Positions 1-9,230 of a DNA stretch of 34,346 bases are shown here, one piece after another (the first letter of the stretch is position 1; each line of letters starts with the position of its first letter). The notes beneath the pieces were generated by a model. The model worked only from the letters and a program-made list of their open reading frames with translations. It did not search any database and was not told where the DNA came from. A program made the position numbers and the translations under genes. Origin of the DNA: an uncultured Candidatus Peregrinibacteria bacterium (GTDB taxonomy: Bacteria; Patescibacteriota; JACMRA01); the NCBI GenBank assembly GCA_937127165.1, contig CAKZLR010000018.1:1-34346 (forward strand). The letters run 5' to 3'.

Positions 1-130
1 CTTTTTCCATTTGACTTAAAATCAGTAATAAAATTTGTTTTGTTAGCAACAGTATTTTAAAATACGATAGTGGTAAATAATCTTGTTATAATTTAAAAAA
101 TGTATAATTCTTGGTTGTGCAGGTGGGCTT

Positions 131-991
131 ATGCAAAAAGTTGCTTTTTTAGGTCAAAACGGATCTTTTAGTAGTCTTGTTGCTAAAAAATATTTTAAAG
201 ATAACTTTGTGCCAACTAGTTGCAGTCAAGCTAGAGATTTGTTTGAAGCGATTGTTCGAGGAAGTGCAGACATTGCTATAATTCCTATCGAAAATACTGT
301 CGGCAGTTCGGTTTTAGAACATTATGATTTGTTTTATGATTATGAAGATAAAGTAGAAATTTTTAGAGAAGTTTATTTGGCTATCGAACATCAATTAATC
401 GGGTTAGATACTAGTAGTCTAGAAGTTATAGATACAGTTTATGCCCATCCTCAAGCCTTTTTGCAGTGTAGTTATTTTTTGCAAAATTATTCCCACTGGA
501 ATCTTAAAGAGATGGCTAATACTTCTCAAGCGATGCAACAAGTGCTCGAACAAAACTTAGCAAATATAGCTCTGATAGGCAGTAAAAAAATTATTAATGG
601 ATCAAACAACCTTAAAATTTTGGCATCTAACATACATAACCATAAAAATAACTATACTAGATTTTTGTTAATCTGCAAAAAGTGTCAGACTCAAACTTCT
701 TCTAGAGTTGATAAGTGTAGTATTTGTTTTAAACTAAAGCACCAACCAAAAAGCCTACTTTCAGCTCTCCAAATTATTAGTCAGGATTATATTAACCTGA
801 CCAAGATTGAATCTAGACCAATACCGGGAACGATTTTTGAGTATATTTTTTATGTTGATTTTGAATTTGAGCCACAAAGGCTTCGGCAAGTTAAACTAAT
901 TTTGCAGGAGTTAAGAAACAATACTATTGAACTCAAAAATTTTGGTTTTTATAAGAAGGGTAGACAAAATAATTATAAATTGGAAAATTAA
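131..991 (+). CDS. pheA: Prephenate dehydratase (PDT + ACT domain, no chorismate mutase domain)
   Basis: KVAFLGQNGSFS start, IPIENTVGSSV, AHPQAFLQC, NYTRF motif, ACT domain with INLTKIESRP and YIFYVDFE. Confidence 0.92.
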   Translation: MQKVAFLGQNGSFSSLVAKKYFKDNFVPTSCSQARDLFEAIVRGSADIAIIPIENTVGSSVLEHYDLFYDYEDKVEIFREVYLAIEHQLIGLDTSSLEVIDTVYAHPQAFLQCSYFLQNYSHWNLKEMANTSQAMQQVLEQNLANIALIGSKKIINGSNNLKILASNIHNHKNNYTRFLLICKKCQTQTSSRVDKCSICFKLKHQPKSLLSALQIISQDYINLTKIESRPIPGTIFEYIFYVDFEFEPQRLRQVKLILQELRNNTIELKNFGFYKKGRQNNYKLEN

Positions 992-1052
992 AATTCTCAA
1001 CTAAAATAGCTCCTATGTACATTTTTGGAAGAGATTTTTAGATCAAGTAAAT

Positions 1053-1973
1053 TCAATTTATTTTTTGTAAAATTCTAAGCATAGCACTACGACTGCGGAT
1101 ATTTTCTTTTATTTCTTGTGGAGTTGGTTTGATTGGTTTTTTGGTTAATAACTTAAAATTTTGGATTTTATTACCAAAATTGTCGATTTCAACCGGCTTG
1201 GAAATCTGTCTCATAAATTTGGTTACAAGTTTATCTTCTAGACTATTAAAACTAACTATCATTATCAAGCCACCTACTTTAATTTTATTTGGAGCAACTT
1301 TTAAGAATCTTTCTAGAGAGTCAAATTCGTCATTAGTCCATACTCTCAAAGCTTGCCAAACTCGGCTTAAAATAGAATTAGTTTGGTGAAAAAATTTCTG
1401 GGGGATGATTTCTAGAATAGATTCTACAATTTCACCTACAATTACAGAATCTCTTTTTTTAGCTAAATTAAATAAATTTTGAGCAATTTTCTTACTTAAA
1501 CGTTCACCTGAATAAGTATAAATTATTTTTTGTAGTTCAAAAGGTGTTTTCAAACCTCGAATTTTTTGCCACACACTTTGACCTTGAGTCTGATCATATC
1601 TAAGATCAAATATATCTTTGTGGCTGAGGTAGCTAAAACCTCGTTGGCTAGTAGCTAGCTGATTGCTAGAAAAGCCTAAATCTAAAACTATCACATCAAA
1701 GAAACCATCGTCAAAAGTTTCAATATAATCAGCAAAATTGGAGTGTTGGAGCGTTAAGTTTTGTAAAGCATTTAGGTTGCACTTTTCGATAACTGATAAG
1801 TCTAAATCGCAGGCAAAAACCATCCACTTGTTTCGTAAAAAAACTTGAGAATAACCACCTCCTCCAAAAGTTCCATCAAAAATAATTAGTTTTTTCGTAA
1901 AATCTAATTTTTCCCTTATTATCTTAACTATTTCAGTAATGAGTACAGGTATGTGTTGATTTTGAATATACAT
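1053..1973 (-). CDS. rsmH: 16S rRNA m4C1402 methyltransferase RsmH (MraW)
   Basis: HIPVL, DGTFGGGGYS, LDLGFSSNQL, RGFSY, WQALRVWTNDE, SFNSLEDK, ENIRSRSAMLR motifs. Confidence 0.95.
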   Translation of the reverse strand: MYIQNQHIPVLITEIVKIIREKLDFTKKLIIFDGTFGGGGYSQVFLRNKWMVFACDLDLSVIEKCNLNALQNLTLQHSNFADYIETFDDGFFDVIVLDLGFSSNQLATSQRGFSYLSHKDIFDLRYDQTQGQSVWQKIRGLKTPFELQKIIYTYSGERLSKKIAQNLFNLAKKRDSVIVGEIVESILEIIPQKFFHQTNSILSRVWQALRVWTNDEFDSLERFLKVAPNKIKVGGLIMIVSFNSLEDKLVTKFMRQISKPVEIDNFGNKIQNFKLLTKKPIKPTPQEIKENIRSRSAMLRILQKIN

Positions 1974-1985
1974 TTTATCCTACAA

Positions 1986-2062
1986 TGGTGCAGCCGATTG
2001 GATTCGAACCAACGACCCACAGCTTAGAAGGCTGTTGCTCTATCCAACTGAGCTACGGCTGC
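1986..2062 (-). tRNA. tRNA-Arg(TCT), CCA encoded
   Basis: Reverse complement GCAGCCGTAGCTCAGTTGGATAGAGCAACAGCCTTCTAAGCTGTGGGTCGTTGGTTCGAATCCAATCGGCTGCACCA: 7-bp acceptor stem, anticodon loop CTTCTAA, TTCGAAT T-loop. Confidence 0.97.
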
Positions 2063-2160
2063 ATTTTGCATGCAAAAAACTTAATTTTATAAATTACAGA
2101 TCTTGTCAAATGTTCTGTAGCAATTTGACAATGGTTTTAATTTTTACCATTTTGGTTGTC

Positions 2161-2844
2161 ATGACTTTCGCACAACTTCTAGAGATCTTTAAAAAAAGAT
2201 GGTGGCTACCTTTGGTTACGACTGTTTTGTTCACATCTATCGGTTTAGGTTTTTTCTCGCCGCAAATTAAATACCAAGTTAATATCAGCTTTAATATAAC
2301 CACTAAAAATGATAAGGAGATTGTACAAGAAGCGATCTGTCCAGATATTAATAAGGCTTTAGTAGAAATAGATCCGGAAGTGTGGGGCAAAGTGGAAAAA
2401 AGCATGATTAACAAAGAGCATGTCTATTTTAAAGTGTTAAGAACTATAAAAAGTTATTTTATGAACCGTTTTAATTCGGTAGATATACAAGCTCAAATTG
2501 CCAACCAAATTGGGTATAGTACCGACAATCTAAGAAGGCAATCTCCATTTTACAGTATCGTGGATTATGATTTAGGCGGGCTTGGTTTTGAATTTGTTTC
2601 AACTGATAGAAATCAGGTAGAAAAGTTTGATGAAGCTGTTTCAGTAGTTTTTGAAAATATAGTTCAGGAATGGAACCAAGAAAAGGATGTTTTTGCGGTG
2701 AGATTGTTGTCGGACTATACTCAAGCATCTGTTATTTTGGTTCGTCCAAACCTACAACAATATGCTTTACCGATTGTGGCTGGTTTCGTTTTTGGATTAG
2801 CTCTTGCTTTTTTGTTACCCAAATCTAAAAATAAATTTTTATGA
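2161..2844 (+). CDS. Wzz/CapA-like membrane protein with N- and C-terminal TM helices (polysaccharide co-polymerase-like)
   Basis: ATG 2161 gives MTFAQLLEIFKKRWWLPLVTTVLF, a typical Wzz N-terminus; C-terminal TM segment RPNLQQYALPIVAGFVFGLALAFLL. The ORF-track start at 2035 overlaps the tRNA and is unlikely. Confidence 0.55.
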   Translation: MTFAQLLEIFKKRWWLPLVTTVLFTSIGLGFFSPQIKYQVNISFNITTKNDKEIVQEAICPDINKALVEIDPEVWGKVEKSMINKEHVYFKVLRTIKSYFMNRFNSVDIQAQIANQIGYSTDNLRRQSPFYSIVDYDLGGLGFEFVSTDRNQVEKFDEAVSVVFENIVQEWNQEKDVFAVRLLSDYTQASVILVRPNLQQYALPIVAGFVFGLALAFLLPKSKNKFL

Positions 2845-3398
2845 TACCGCTAATTTTGATAGTTATTAATGTAATAATTTTTATTATTCCTTATTTTGTC
2901 ACTTTTAGAGGCCCCTTTGACAATTTTACCAACTTTTTAATGTTGGGATGGAAGGAGAATGCTGCTATTAGAGATGGTGAGTTTTATAGATTGTTTACTT
3001 CAAATTTTTTACATGGCGATATTACCCACCTATTTGTCAATATGTTTTCGCTTTACAATGTTGGACCTATTGTTAACAGTGTTTTTGGGAATTTAGGATT
3101 TTCTTTAATTTTCTTTTTGTCCGGTATTGGTAGTTCTCTAACATCTTTTTGGTTTAACCCAAACCCTAGTGTAGGGGCTAGTGGGGCAATTTTTGGCCTG
3201 GTGGGGGCTTTGTCTGCTCTAGCCATTGCTACTAATAATATTTCCTTATTGTTCAATATTCTGGTAGTGATTGCTATCAATGTTTTGATTGGATTTCTAA
3301 ATTCTACAATAGATAATTGGGGACATCTTGGTGGTTTTATGTTCGGTTTAGTTATTGGGTTTATCTTAATTTATAGTGGGCAAGTTAATAGAATTTAG
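2841..3398 (+). CDS. Rhomboid family intramembrane serine protease
   Basis: YRLFTSNFLHG, HLFVNM, catalytic GASGAIFG, GHLGG; ATGA overlap with the upstream gene. Confidence 0.93.
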   Translation: MIPLILIVINVIIFIIPYFVTFRGPFDNFTNFLMLGWKENAAIRDGEFYRLFTSNFLHGDITHLFVNMFSLYNVGPIVNSVFGNLGFSLIFFLSGIGSSLTSFWFNPNPSVGASGAIFGLVGALSALAIATNNISLLFNILVVIAINVLIGFLNSTIDNWGHLGGFMFGLVIGFILIYSGQVNRI

Positions 3399-3894
3399 TG
3401 TTAACTTGATCTCTATACTAAGCTATGATGAAAATTTTAAGGTATTTTAATTATTTAGGTCAATTTTTGTCTACTACAATGGTATCGTGATTAGCCTGTA
3501 AAACAGGTTGGCAATTTGGATTCTTTCACTAAAACTTTAATAGTTCGTAAATTTGAGTGTATCTTTTTTGAAAGAAATGTGTGATACACTTAAAACTAAG
3601 TTTTAGATTTTTGTATATTTTTTGGTTGATTGTAATAGTTTTTTGTCAAATAACCTATTTAAACAATTTTTACTTAGTCTTAAATTTAAATAAGTTATCC
3701 TGAAATTTGTTCAATATTTTATTCGTTAAATTTCCAAATCCCCTCTTTCTGTTTATTTTCGTTTATTTTCCAAGTAAGAGTTTCCAGTCTTTTAAACCGT
3801 AGGTATTAGCGAAAAAGTAAAGTATTAAAAAACTATTAGTTTAACTTGCACAAAAATCAAAAATTATTTCTTAATCTTAATTAAGATATTTTTT

Positions 3895-5784
3895 ATGTCT
3901 CAACAACCACAAAACTCAAATCCAGAACTTAATATCAAAAGACACTCTTTTGCACATGTTATGGCGGCTGCTGTCAAAGACATGTTCCCTGAAGCTCGGT
4001 TTGGAGTTGGCCCAGTTATCGAAAATGGGTGCTACTACGATTTTATTTTGCCTCGAACTTTAATTCCAGAGGATTTACCGCTTTTAGAAGAAAAAATTGT
4101 AGCTTTGCTAAAAAGAAATCTTATTTTTAAAGTCCAAGAAGTTACTTTTGAAAGAGCCATCGAAATTTTTACTGAACTAAAACAACCTCTAAAATTAGAA
4201 TTATTGAACGATTTAGCTACACGTGGAACTACTAGTATGAGTCAAGAAGAGGCTGAAACGATCGGTATTGACTTGTTAAATTTAAAGATCACCATTTACA
4301 GGCTAGAAGATGAAGATACTGGCGAAGATTTGTTTGTGGATTTGTGTCGTGGCCCGCACATTAAAAGTGTTCAAGAGTTAGGTAAGTTAGGTTTTAAATT
4401 AGATAAATTTAGTGGTAGTTACTGGCGAGGTGATCAAAAAAGAAATATTAAGATGCAACGAATTTATGCTCTAGTATTTAATACTCAAAGCGACCTTAAT
4501 AACTTTTTGTACCAAAGAGAAGAAGCTCAAAAGCGAGATCACAGATTGCTTGGTCAGCAATTGGAAATATTTACAATACACGAAGAAGTAGGAGCAGGAT
4601 TGCCTTTATATTTACCGAAAGGTGGTTTGATTCGCCGTACTCTAGAAAGCTATTGTTGGCAAGAAGCTAAAAAAGCTGGTTATCAATATGTTTACACGCC
4701 CCATATTGGTAAAAGCGATTTGTTTGCTCGTAGTGGACATTTGGATCATTATCGTGACGGAATGTATGCACCTATTGAAATGATCAATCTTAAAGGAGAA
4801 GGTAAAGATGAAACCGGCAAGGGCGAGGTGTTTTACCTCAAACCGATGAACTGTCCCATGCACCACTATATTTATTTATATAAACCGAGGTCTTATCGTG
4901 ATTTACCATACAGATTATACGAATATGGTACAGTGTATAGATATGAGGAAAGTGGAGTTTTGACAGGTTTAATCAGAGTTCGTGGTTTCACTCAAAACGA
5001 TGCCCATGTTTATTGCACCCCAGAACAATTAACCGAAGTGATTGGTGAGGCGATCAATCGTTTTACCAGAGCTTATAAAGATATTGGAATTACCGACTAC
5101 AAAATTCGTTTTAGTTTACCAGATTTTGAGAATGACAAAGAAAAATACGGTGAAGAGACCCAAGAGTGGCGAGATTCTATAAGAGATATGCGAAAGGCTT
5201 TAGATGCTCTGGGTGTAGATTATTATGATGCTATAGGTGAAGCGGCATTCTATGGTCCCAAAATCGATTTTCAAGTTAAGAATGTTAACGGTAAAGAGGA
5301 CACCTTAAGTACAATTCAGGTAGATTACTCTATTGCTCCCAAATTTAATATAACCTACAAGGATAAAGATGGAAAGGACAAAGTCCCAGTAATTATTCAT
5401 ATGGCTTTAATGGGCAGTATCGATCGTTTTATGGCTTTTATGCTGGAGATGACTGGGGGTAGGTTACCATTTTGGCTTGCTCCTGAACAAGTTCGTATTC
5501 TCACAATCAACGATCAAGTTGAAGATTACGTAAGGCAAATCAAATCAGTACTAGATAGTATTGTGTTGATGAAGCCATTAAAATATAACGAGCTTCGTTA
5601 CACAATAGATAATAACAACGAAAGTTTGAGTAAAAAAATACGAGAGGCTGAGTTACAAAAGATTCCGGTAATTCTAATTGTCGGACCAAAAGATATTGAA
5701 GCTCATGAAATTAGTGTCAGAATGCAAAACAAGGAAGAAAAGGTGAAGTTAGAGGACTTAAAAAACTGGTTAGAAAGTATTTAA
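3895..5784 (+). CDS. thrS: Threonine--tRNA ligase (no N-terminal TGS domain)
   Basis: RHSFAH, DLCRGPH, RDHR, LKPMNCP, YRYEESG, RVRGFTQNDAH, AFYGPKID, WLAPEQV and C-terminal anticodon-binding domain. Confidence 0.98.
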   Translation: MSQQPQNSNPELNIKRHSFAHVMAAAVKDMFPEARFGVGPVIENGCYYDFILPRTLIPEDLPLLEEKIVALLKRNLIFKVQEVTFERAIEIFTELKQPLKLELLNDLATRGTTSMSQEEAETIGIDLLNLKITIYRLEDEDTGEDLFVDLCRGPHIKSVQELGKLGFKLDKFSGSYWRGDQKRNIKMQRIYALVFNTQSDLNNFLYQREEAQKRDHRLLGQQLEIFTIHEEVGAGLPLYLPKGGLIRRTLESYCWQEAKKAGYQYVYTPHIGKSDLFARSGHLDHYRDGMYAPIEMINLKGEGKDETGKGEVFYLKPMNCPMHHYIYLYKPRSYRDLPYRLYEYGTVYRYEESGVLTGLIRVRGFTQNDAHVYCTPEQLTEVIGEAINRFTRAYKDIGITDYKIRFSLPDFENDKEKYGEETQEWRDSIRDMRKALDALGVDYYDAIGEAAFYGPKIDFQVKNVNGKEDTLSTIQVDYSIAPKFNITYKDKDGKDKVPVIIHMALMGSIDRFMAFMLEMTGGRLPFWLAPEQVRILTINDQVEDYVRQIKSVLDSIVLMKPLKYNELRYTIDNNNESLSKKIREAELQKIPVILIVGPKDIEAHEISVRMQNKEEKVKLEDLKNWLESI

Positions 5785-6570
5785 CCATATTAGAACTGAA
5801 CTACTTGTGTTTATTTTAACTTTAAGTACTAAGAAAAAACTTAGGAAAAAATTTACTAGAAGTACTATCAGTGGAGAATATAGTTTACATTTTTTAATTT
5901 TGACAAAGTTACTTAGTGACTGTAGTTAGTTTATTAAAGGTAGCTTATTTTGTCTTTTTTTATCAAAAAAAATTACAAGAATAATCATACGTTAATTTAT
6001 ACTTTTTTATCTTAATAAAATTACTTTTGTAAGAATTAGTTGAATTACATTTTCAAAGATAATAACAACATTTATGTAAGCAACTAAGTCTAGTATAAGG
6101 TATCGTAAATTTTCGAAAATATTAGATTAAAAGTTGTTGAAGATGAAGAACTTAAATTTGGAGACAAAATTTTGGAGATTCTCATCTTTCACTTATAGGG
6201 TTGAAACTAGAAAAAAATTGTAGAAATTGCTCAGATACTTACTGGGAAGTTAATAAGTGGAAATATGAAGCAAAAATCATTGAAATATTAATGAGTGAAG
6301 CAAGTGATTATGAAAACGAGTTGTACGATAGAGGGTAGAGAGTAAAATGTGGAAATTCTACAAAGTATAGAAAATAACTTTATACTCAAAATAAAAAATA
6401 AGGCTGGAGAAGTCAGAAGTCTTTACAAAGATTTTTATTAAATTTTAGTAATTAAATTTACTTTTTTATTCAACTTTTTAGTTCAATTTTACATATCATT
6501 AGAAATTTTAGAAGAGTTTAACCTAATCAGTTTAGGTCATAAATTATAAAAATTTTAACTTTTGGGTTTT

Positions 6571-7206
6571 ATGTGTCGTTTTTTATTGTTAAAATCTAAA
6601 GATGTTGTAGAGATTAATGTTTTTTTACATAAATTTGCGATTATGTGCTACCATAGTAAATGTCTTGACGGTGACGACCAGGGCGATGGTTGGGGGTTTT
6701 CTTATTTAGATCAAAATAAAAGATGGCAGACTTATCTTTCTTTAGAGCCAGTATGGGAAGATGTGCCTAAGTTGAAGAAAAAAATCTTAACTACTCATTT
6801 AGTGGCGCACGCTAGAAGTGCTAGTTTTGAAAACCAAAAAGGTATAATAGAATACAATCAACCATTTGTTTTTGAGAACTTTGTATTTGTTTTTAACGGT
6901 TTACTAAAGGGTGTAAGATTACCTGAGATAGTTCCAGGTAGAATAGGGTCTCAAAAAATTTTTAACCTTTTTATAAAATACATACGAAGCGGTGCTACTG
7001 CTCAAACAGCTCTAAAAGAAACCGTGGATTTACTAAAAAACCACTGCACTTTTGTACAAGCTCTCAATATTGGAATATGTGACGGGCAAAACTTGTACTA
7101 TCATAACGAGTATGATCCTAATACTGGGGAATATTACCAATTACAATTTTACGAAAATGAGCAGTTACAAATAATTTGTTCAGAAAAATTAGAAGGTTTT
7201 GGCTAG
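6571..7206 (+). CDS. Class II glutamine amidotransferase-like Ntn-hydrolase (YafJ/EgtC-like)
   Basis: Start moved to ATG 6571 to give MCRFL with the N-terminal nucleophile Cys; DGWG, AHARSAS, NQPF, FVFNG, CSE motifs. Confidence 0.85.
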   Translation: MCRFLLLKSKDVVEINVFLHKFAIMCYHSKCLDGDDQGDGWGFSYLDQNKRWQTYLSLEPVWEDVPKLKKKILTTHLVAHARSASFENQKGIIEYNQPFVFENFVFVFNGLLKGVRLPEIVPGRIGSQKIFNLFIKYIRSGATAQTALKETVDLLKNHCTFVQALNIGICDGQNLYYHNEYDPNTGEYYQLQFYENEQLQIICSEKLEGFG

Positions 7207-7407
7207 AACAGTTTAAATTTAAAAGTTATTTTTAAGTTATCTTAAAACTCCATAAATAAACTAACCTGAAGTAATCTAAACGGGCATTAGTGGGGAAATA
7301 TAGATAAGATTAATCTAAGTATAAATTTTTTTGATTTAAAATTGAAGTTAGGTTGAAAGAGAATTACCTAAAAACCTAAAAAAGTATTTGTTTGAACAAG
7401 AGTTTAA

Positions 7408-7788
7408 TTATCGTTTTTTTAAAAAACTATCGTATTTCTGTTTTTGTGGGTCTTTGTTAAGAAAGTAAGGAAATCTTCGAGTTCGTATATTTTGAGAAAA
7501 GATTCCTTTTTGTCTTTGAAACTGCTTATTTCTCTTTAAGAAGAGTGTTAATCCAAACAGACTAGCAAATAGAGAAAACAAAACTCCGAAGATAGCAAAA
7601 GGAAAAGGTAGTACTGGCGATTTAGGTGGTGATATTGGAGGCGAATTGTTTACTTTTGATCGGTTGAGAATGTTTGCAGTTCTAAGTTTAAATTGATTTG
7701 TGGGAATTTTGTCTTTTTTGAAGGTAGCATAAATAAAACCAAACATTCCAAGCAAAGAAGTAATAACTAAGATAATTATATAAGCCAT
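7408..7788 (-). CDS. Hypothetical small membrane protein (2 TM segments, Pro-rich linker, basic tail)
   Basis: 126-aa ORF with two hydrophobic stretches; no family recognised. Confidence 0.5.
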   Translation of the reverse strand: MAYIIILVITSLLGMFGFIYATFKKDKIPTNQFKLRTANILNRSKVNNSPPISPPKSPVLPFPFAIFGVLFSLFASLFGLTLFLKRNKQFQRQKGIFSQNIRTRRFPYFLNKDPQKQKYDSFLKKR

Positions 7789-7800
7789 GTATATTATGAT

Positions 7801-7839
7801 AATCTAGTTTTTCTTATTTCAATCTAGTTTTTCTTATTT
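7801..7839. repeat. Tandem duplication with 20-bp period (AATCTAGTTTTTCTTATTT x2)
   Basis: 7801-7819 is identical to 7821-7839. Confidence 0.9.
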
Positions 7840-7870
7840 ATCTATCTAATGCTTGTGTTTGGTTATTAGA

Positions 7871-7946
7871 TGGTGGATCCGGTGGGGATCGAACCCACGA
7901 CCAATGGCTTAAAAGGCCACTGCTCTACCGACTGAGCTACAGATCC
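7871..7946 (-). tRNA. tRNA-Lys(TTT), CCA encoded
   Basis: Reverse complement GGATCTGTAGCTCAGTCGGTAGAGCAGTGGCCTTTTAAGCCATTGGTCGTGGGTTCGATCCCCACCGGATCCACCA; cloverleaf with anticodon loop CTTTTAA. Confidence 0.97.
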
Positions 7947-8285
7947 TAAAACACTCAGGTGTGGTTAACTAAAAATAGACAATTGTCAAGTGTTGGTTGA
8001 AGAAGTATGTTTTTTGTTTCACTTCATGTTACCAACATTGATTGTATTAAGTATTAAAATAACTATAAGAAAGTTTAGTTTATATAGATAGTATACATTA
8101 TATTTTTGTTTTTGTATTAGTATTAAAGTTCACCAAATATCCATTTTTGATAATTTATGAGTCAGTTTCATAAGGTTTTAATCGCAAAATAGTCAACATT
8201 AAGTTGTTGTAAAATACTTTTTACTTATGATACAAGTTCTATTTTTAGTTAACACCAACATATACTTACTATAAAGAATTTTTGT

Positions 8286-8603
8286 TTATTTTACCGCAAA
8301 TTTAATTTCTAAATTATGTTTTGGATTTTTTTCTGGGGGGTTTAGGACTTTTTGAAATTCGTTTTCTAAGTCTTGGAAGTTAATTTTAAGAATTGATAGA
8401 ATAGTAGGATCGGTGCTAGTTATTTTAATAGTGATAGTTTTGGAGCTGCTTTTAACAAAAATATTAGCACTTGATTCAGATAATTGAAGATTGGTTTTAG
8501 CAAAATCCCAAAAAACAGCATTAACCAGCTTAAAAATATAAGCCTCGTGCCACAATCTATATTTTTTGGTACGCATTAAAGTTTGTCTTAGATTTCCGAA
8601 CAT
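8286..8603 (-). CDS. Hypothetical protein, possibly DciA/DUF721-like
   Basis: ATG at 8603 (MFGNLRQTL); size and pattern (W, TITIKITS.DP, long helix, IKF end) resemble DUF721. Confidence 0.45.
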   Translation of the reverse strand: MFGNLRQTLMRTKKYRLWHEAYIFKLVNAVFWDFAKTNLQLSESSANIFVKSSSKTITIKITSTDPTILSILKINFQDLENEFQKVLNPPEKNPKHNLEIKFAVK

Positions 8604-8648
8604 TTTGACAAAAAACTTTTTTATAGTAAAAAAACCCAATTAGATTAT

Positions 8649-9119
8649 ATGCTGCAAATAGTCAAATATCCTGACCCTATTTTAGAATCTGAATGTCAAG
8701 AAGTTGCTTTTCCTTTGAGCGAGGAAGATAAAGAGCTTATTGCAGATATGATTGCCACCATGGACTCTGTCCAGGGTGCTGGACTAGCGGCCAACCAAGT
8801 AGGGGTAAGTAAAAAAATTTGTGTTATCAAAATGATCAAAAAACACAAAAGGGTAAAAACCGAAAATTTAGTCTTAATCAATCCAAAAATAATTATGGAG
8901 AGTGCTGTCAGGTGTCTTTTTCCTGAAGGATGTTTGAGTTTGCCCGGTAAGTATTATTACGTAGAAAGGCCTTGTAATATTATTGTTCAGTATCAAGACG
9001 AAAATGGCAAAATTAGAAAACTACAAGCTAACAAATTTTTATCTAGTCAGATTCAACACGAAGTTGATCATTTGTATGGAATTTTTTACACTTCTAAAGC
9101 TAGAGAAGAGATTAAATAG
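8649..9119 (+). CDS. def: Peptide deformylase
   Basis: GAGLAANQVG, EGCLS and QHEVDHL motifs. Confidence 0.97.
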   Translation: MLQIVKYPDPILESECQEVAFPLSEEDKELIADMIATMDSVQGAGLAANQVGVSKKICVIKMIKKHKRVKTENLVLINPKIIMESAVRCLFPEGCLSLPGKYYYVERPCNIIVQYQDENGKIRKLQANKFLSSQIQHEVDHLYGIFYTSKAREEIK

Positions 9120-9230
9120 GATGAACTAACCGAGACTAACTCTTGATTTTTAGGGTTTTGTCTTTTGAGTCGTTTTTTGTATTTTTTCTAAAATTTAGTT
9201 TTTTGAAATTGGTTTGCGGTGCTTCATTTT

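Noticed and set aside
2035-2160. N-terminal extension of the 269-aa ORF
   Set aside because: Overlaps tRNA-Arg and the divergent promoter region; ATG 2161 gives a family-typical N-terminus
3874-3887. Palindrome ATCTTAATTAAGAT before thrS (similarly TTTTGCATGCAAAA at 2064-2077 and the hairpin at 23086-23107)
   Set aside because: Short and AT-rich; plausible by chance at this base composition, no supporting context
7408-7946. Integrated element at tRNA-Lys (or tRNA-Arg)
   Set aside because: No integrase and no duplicated tRNA 3' end found in the window
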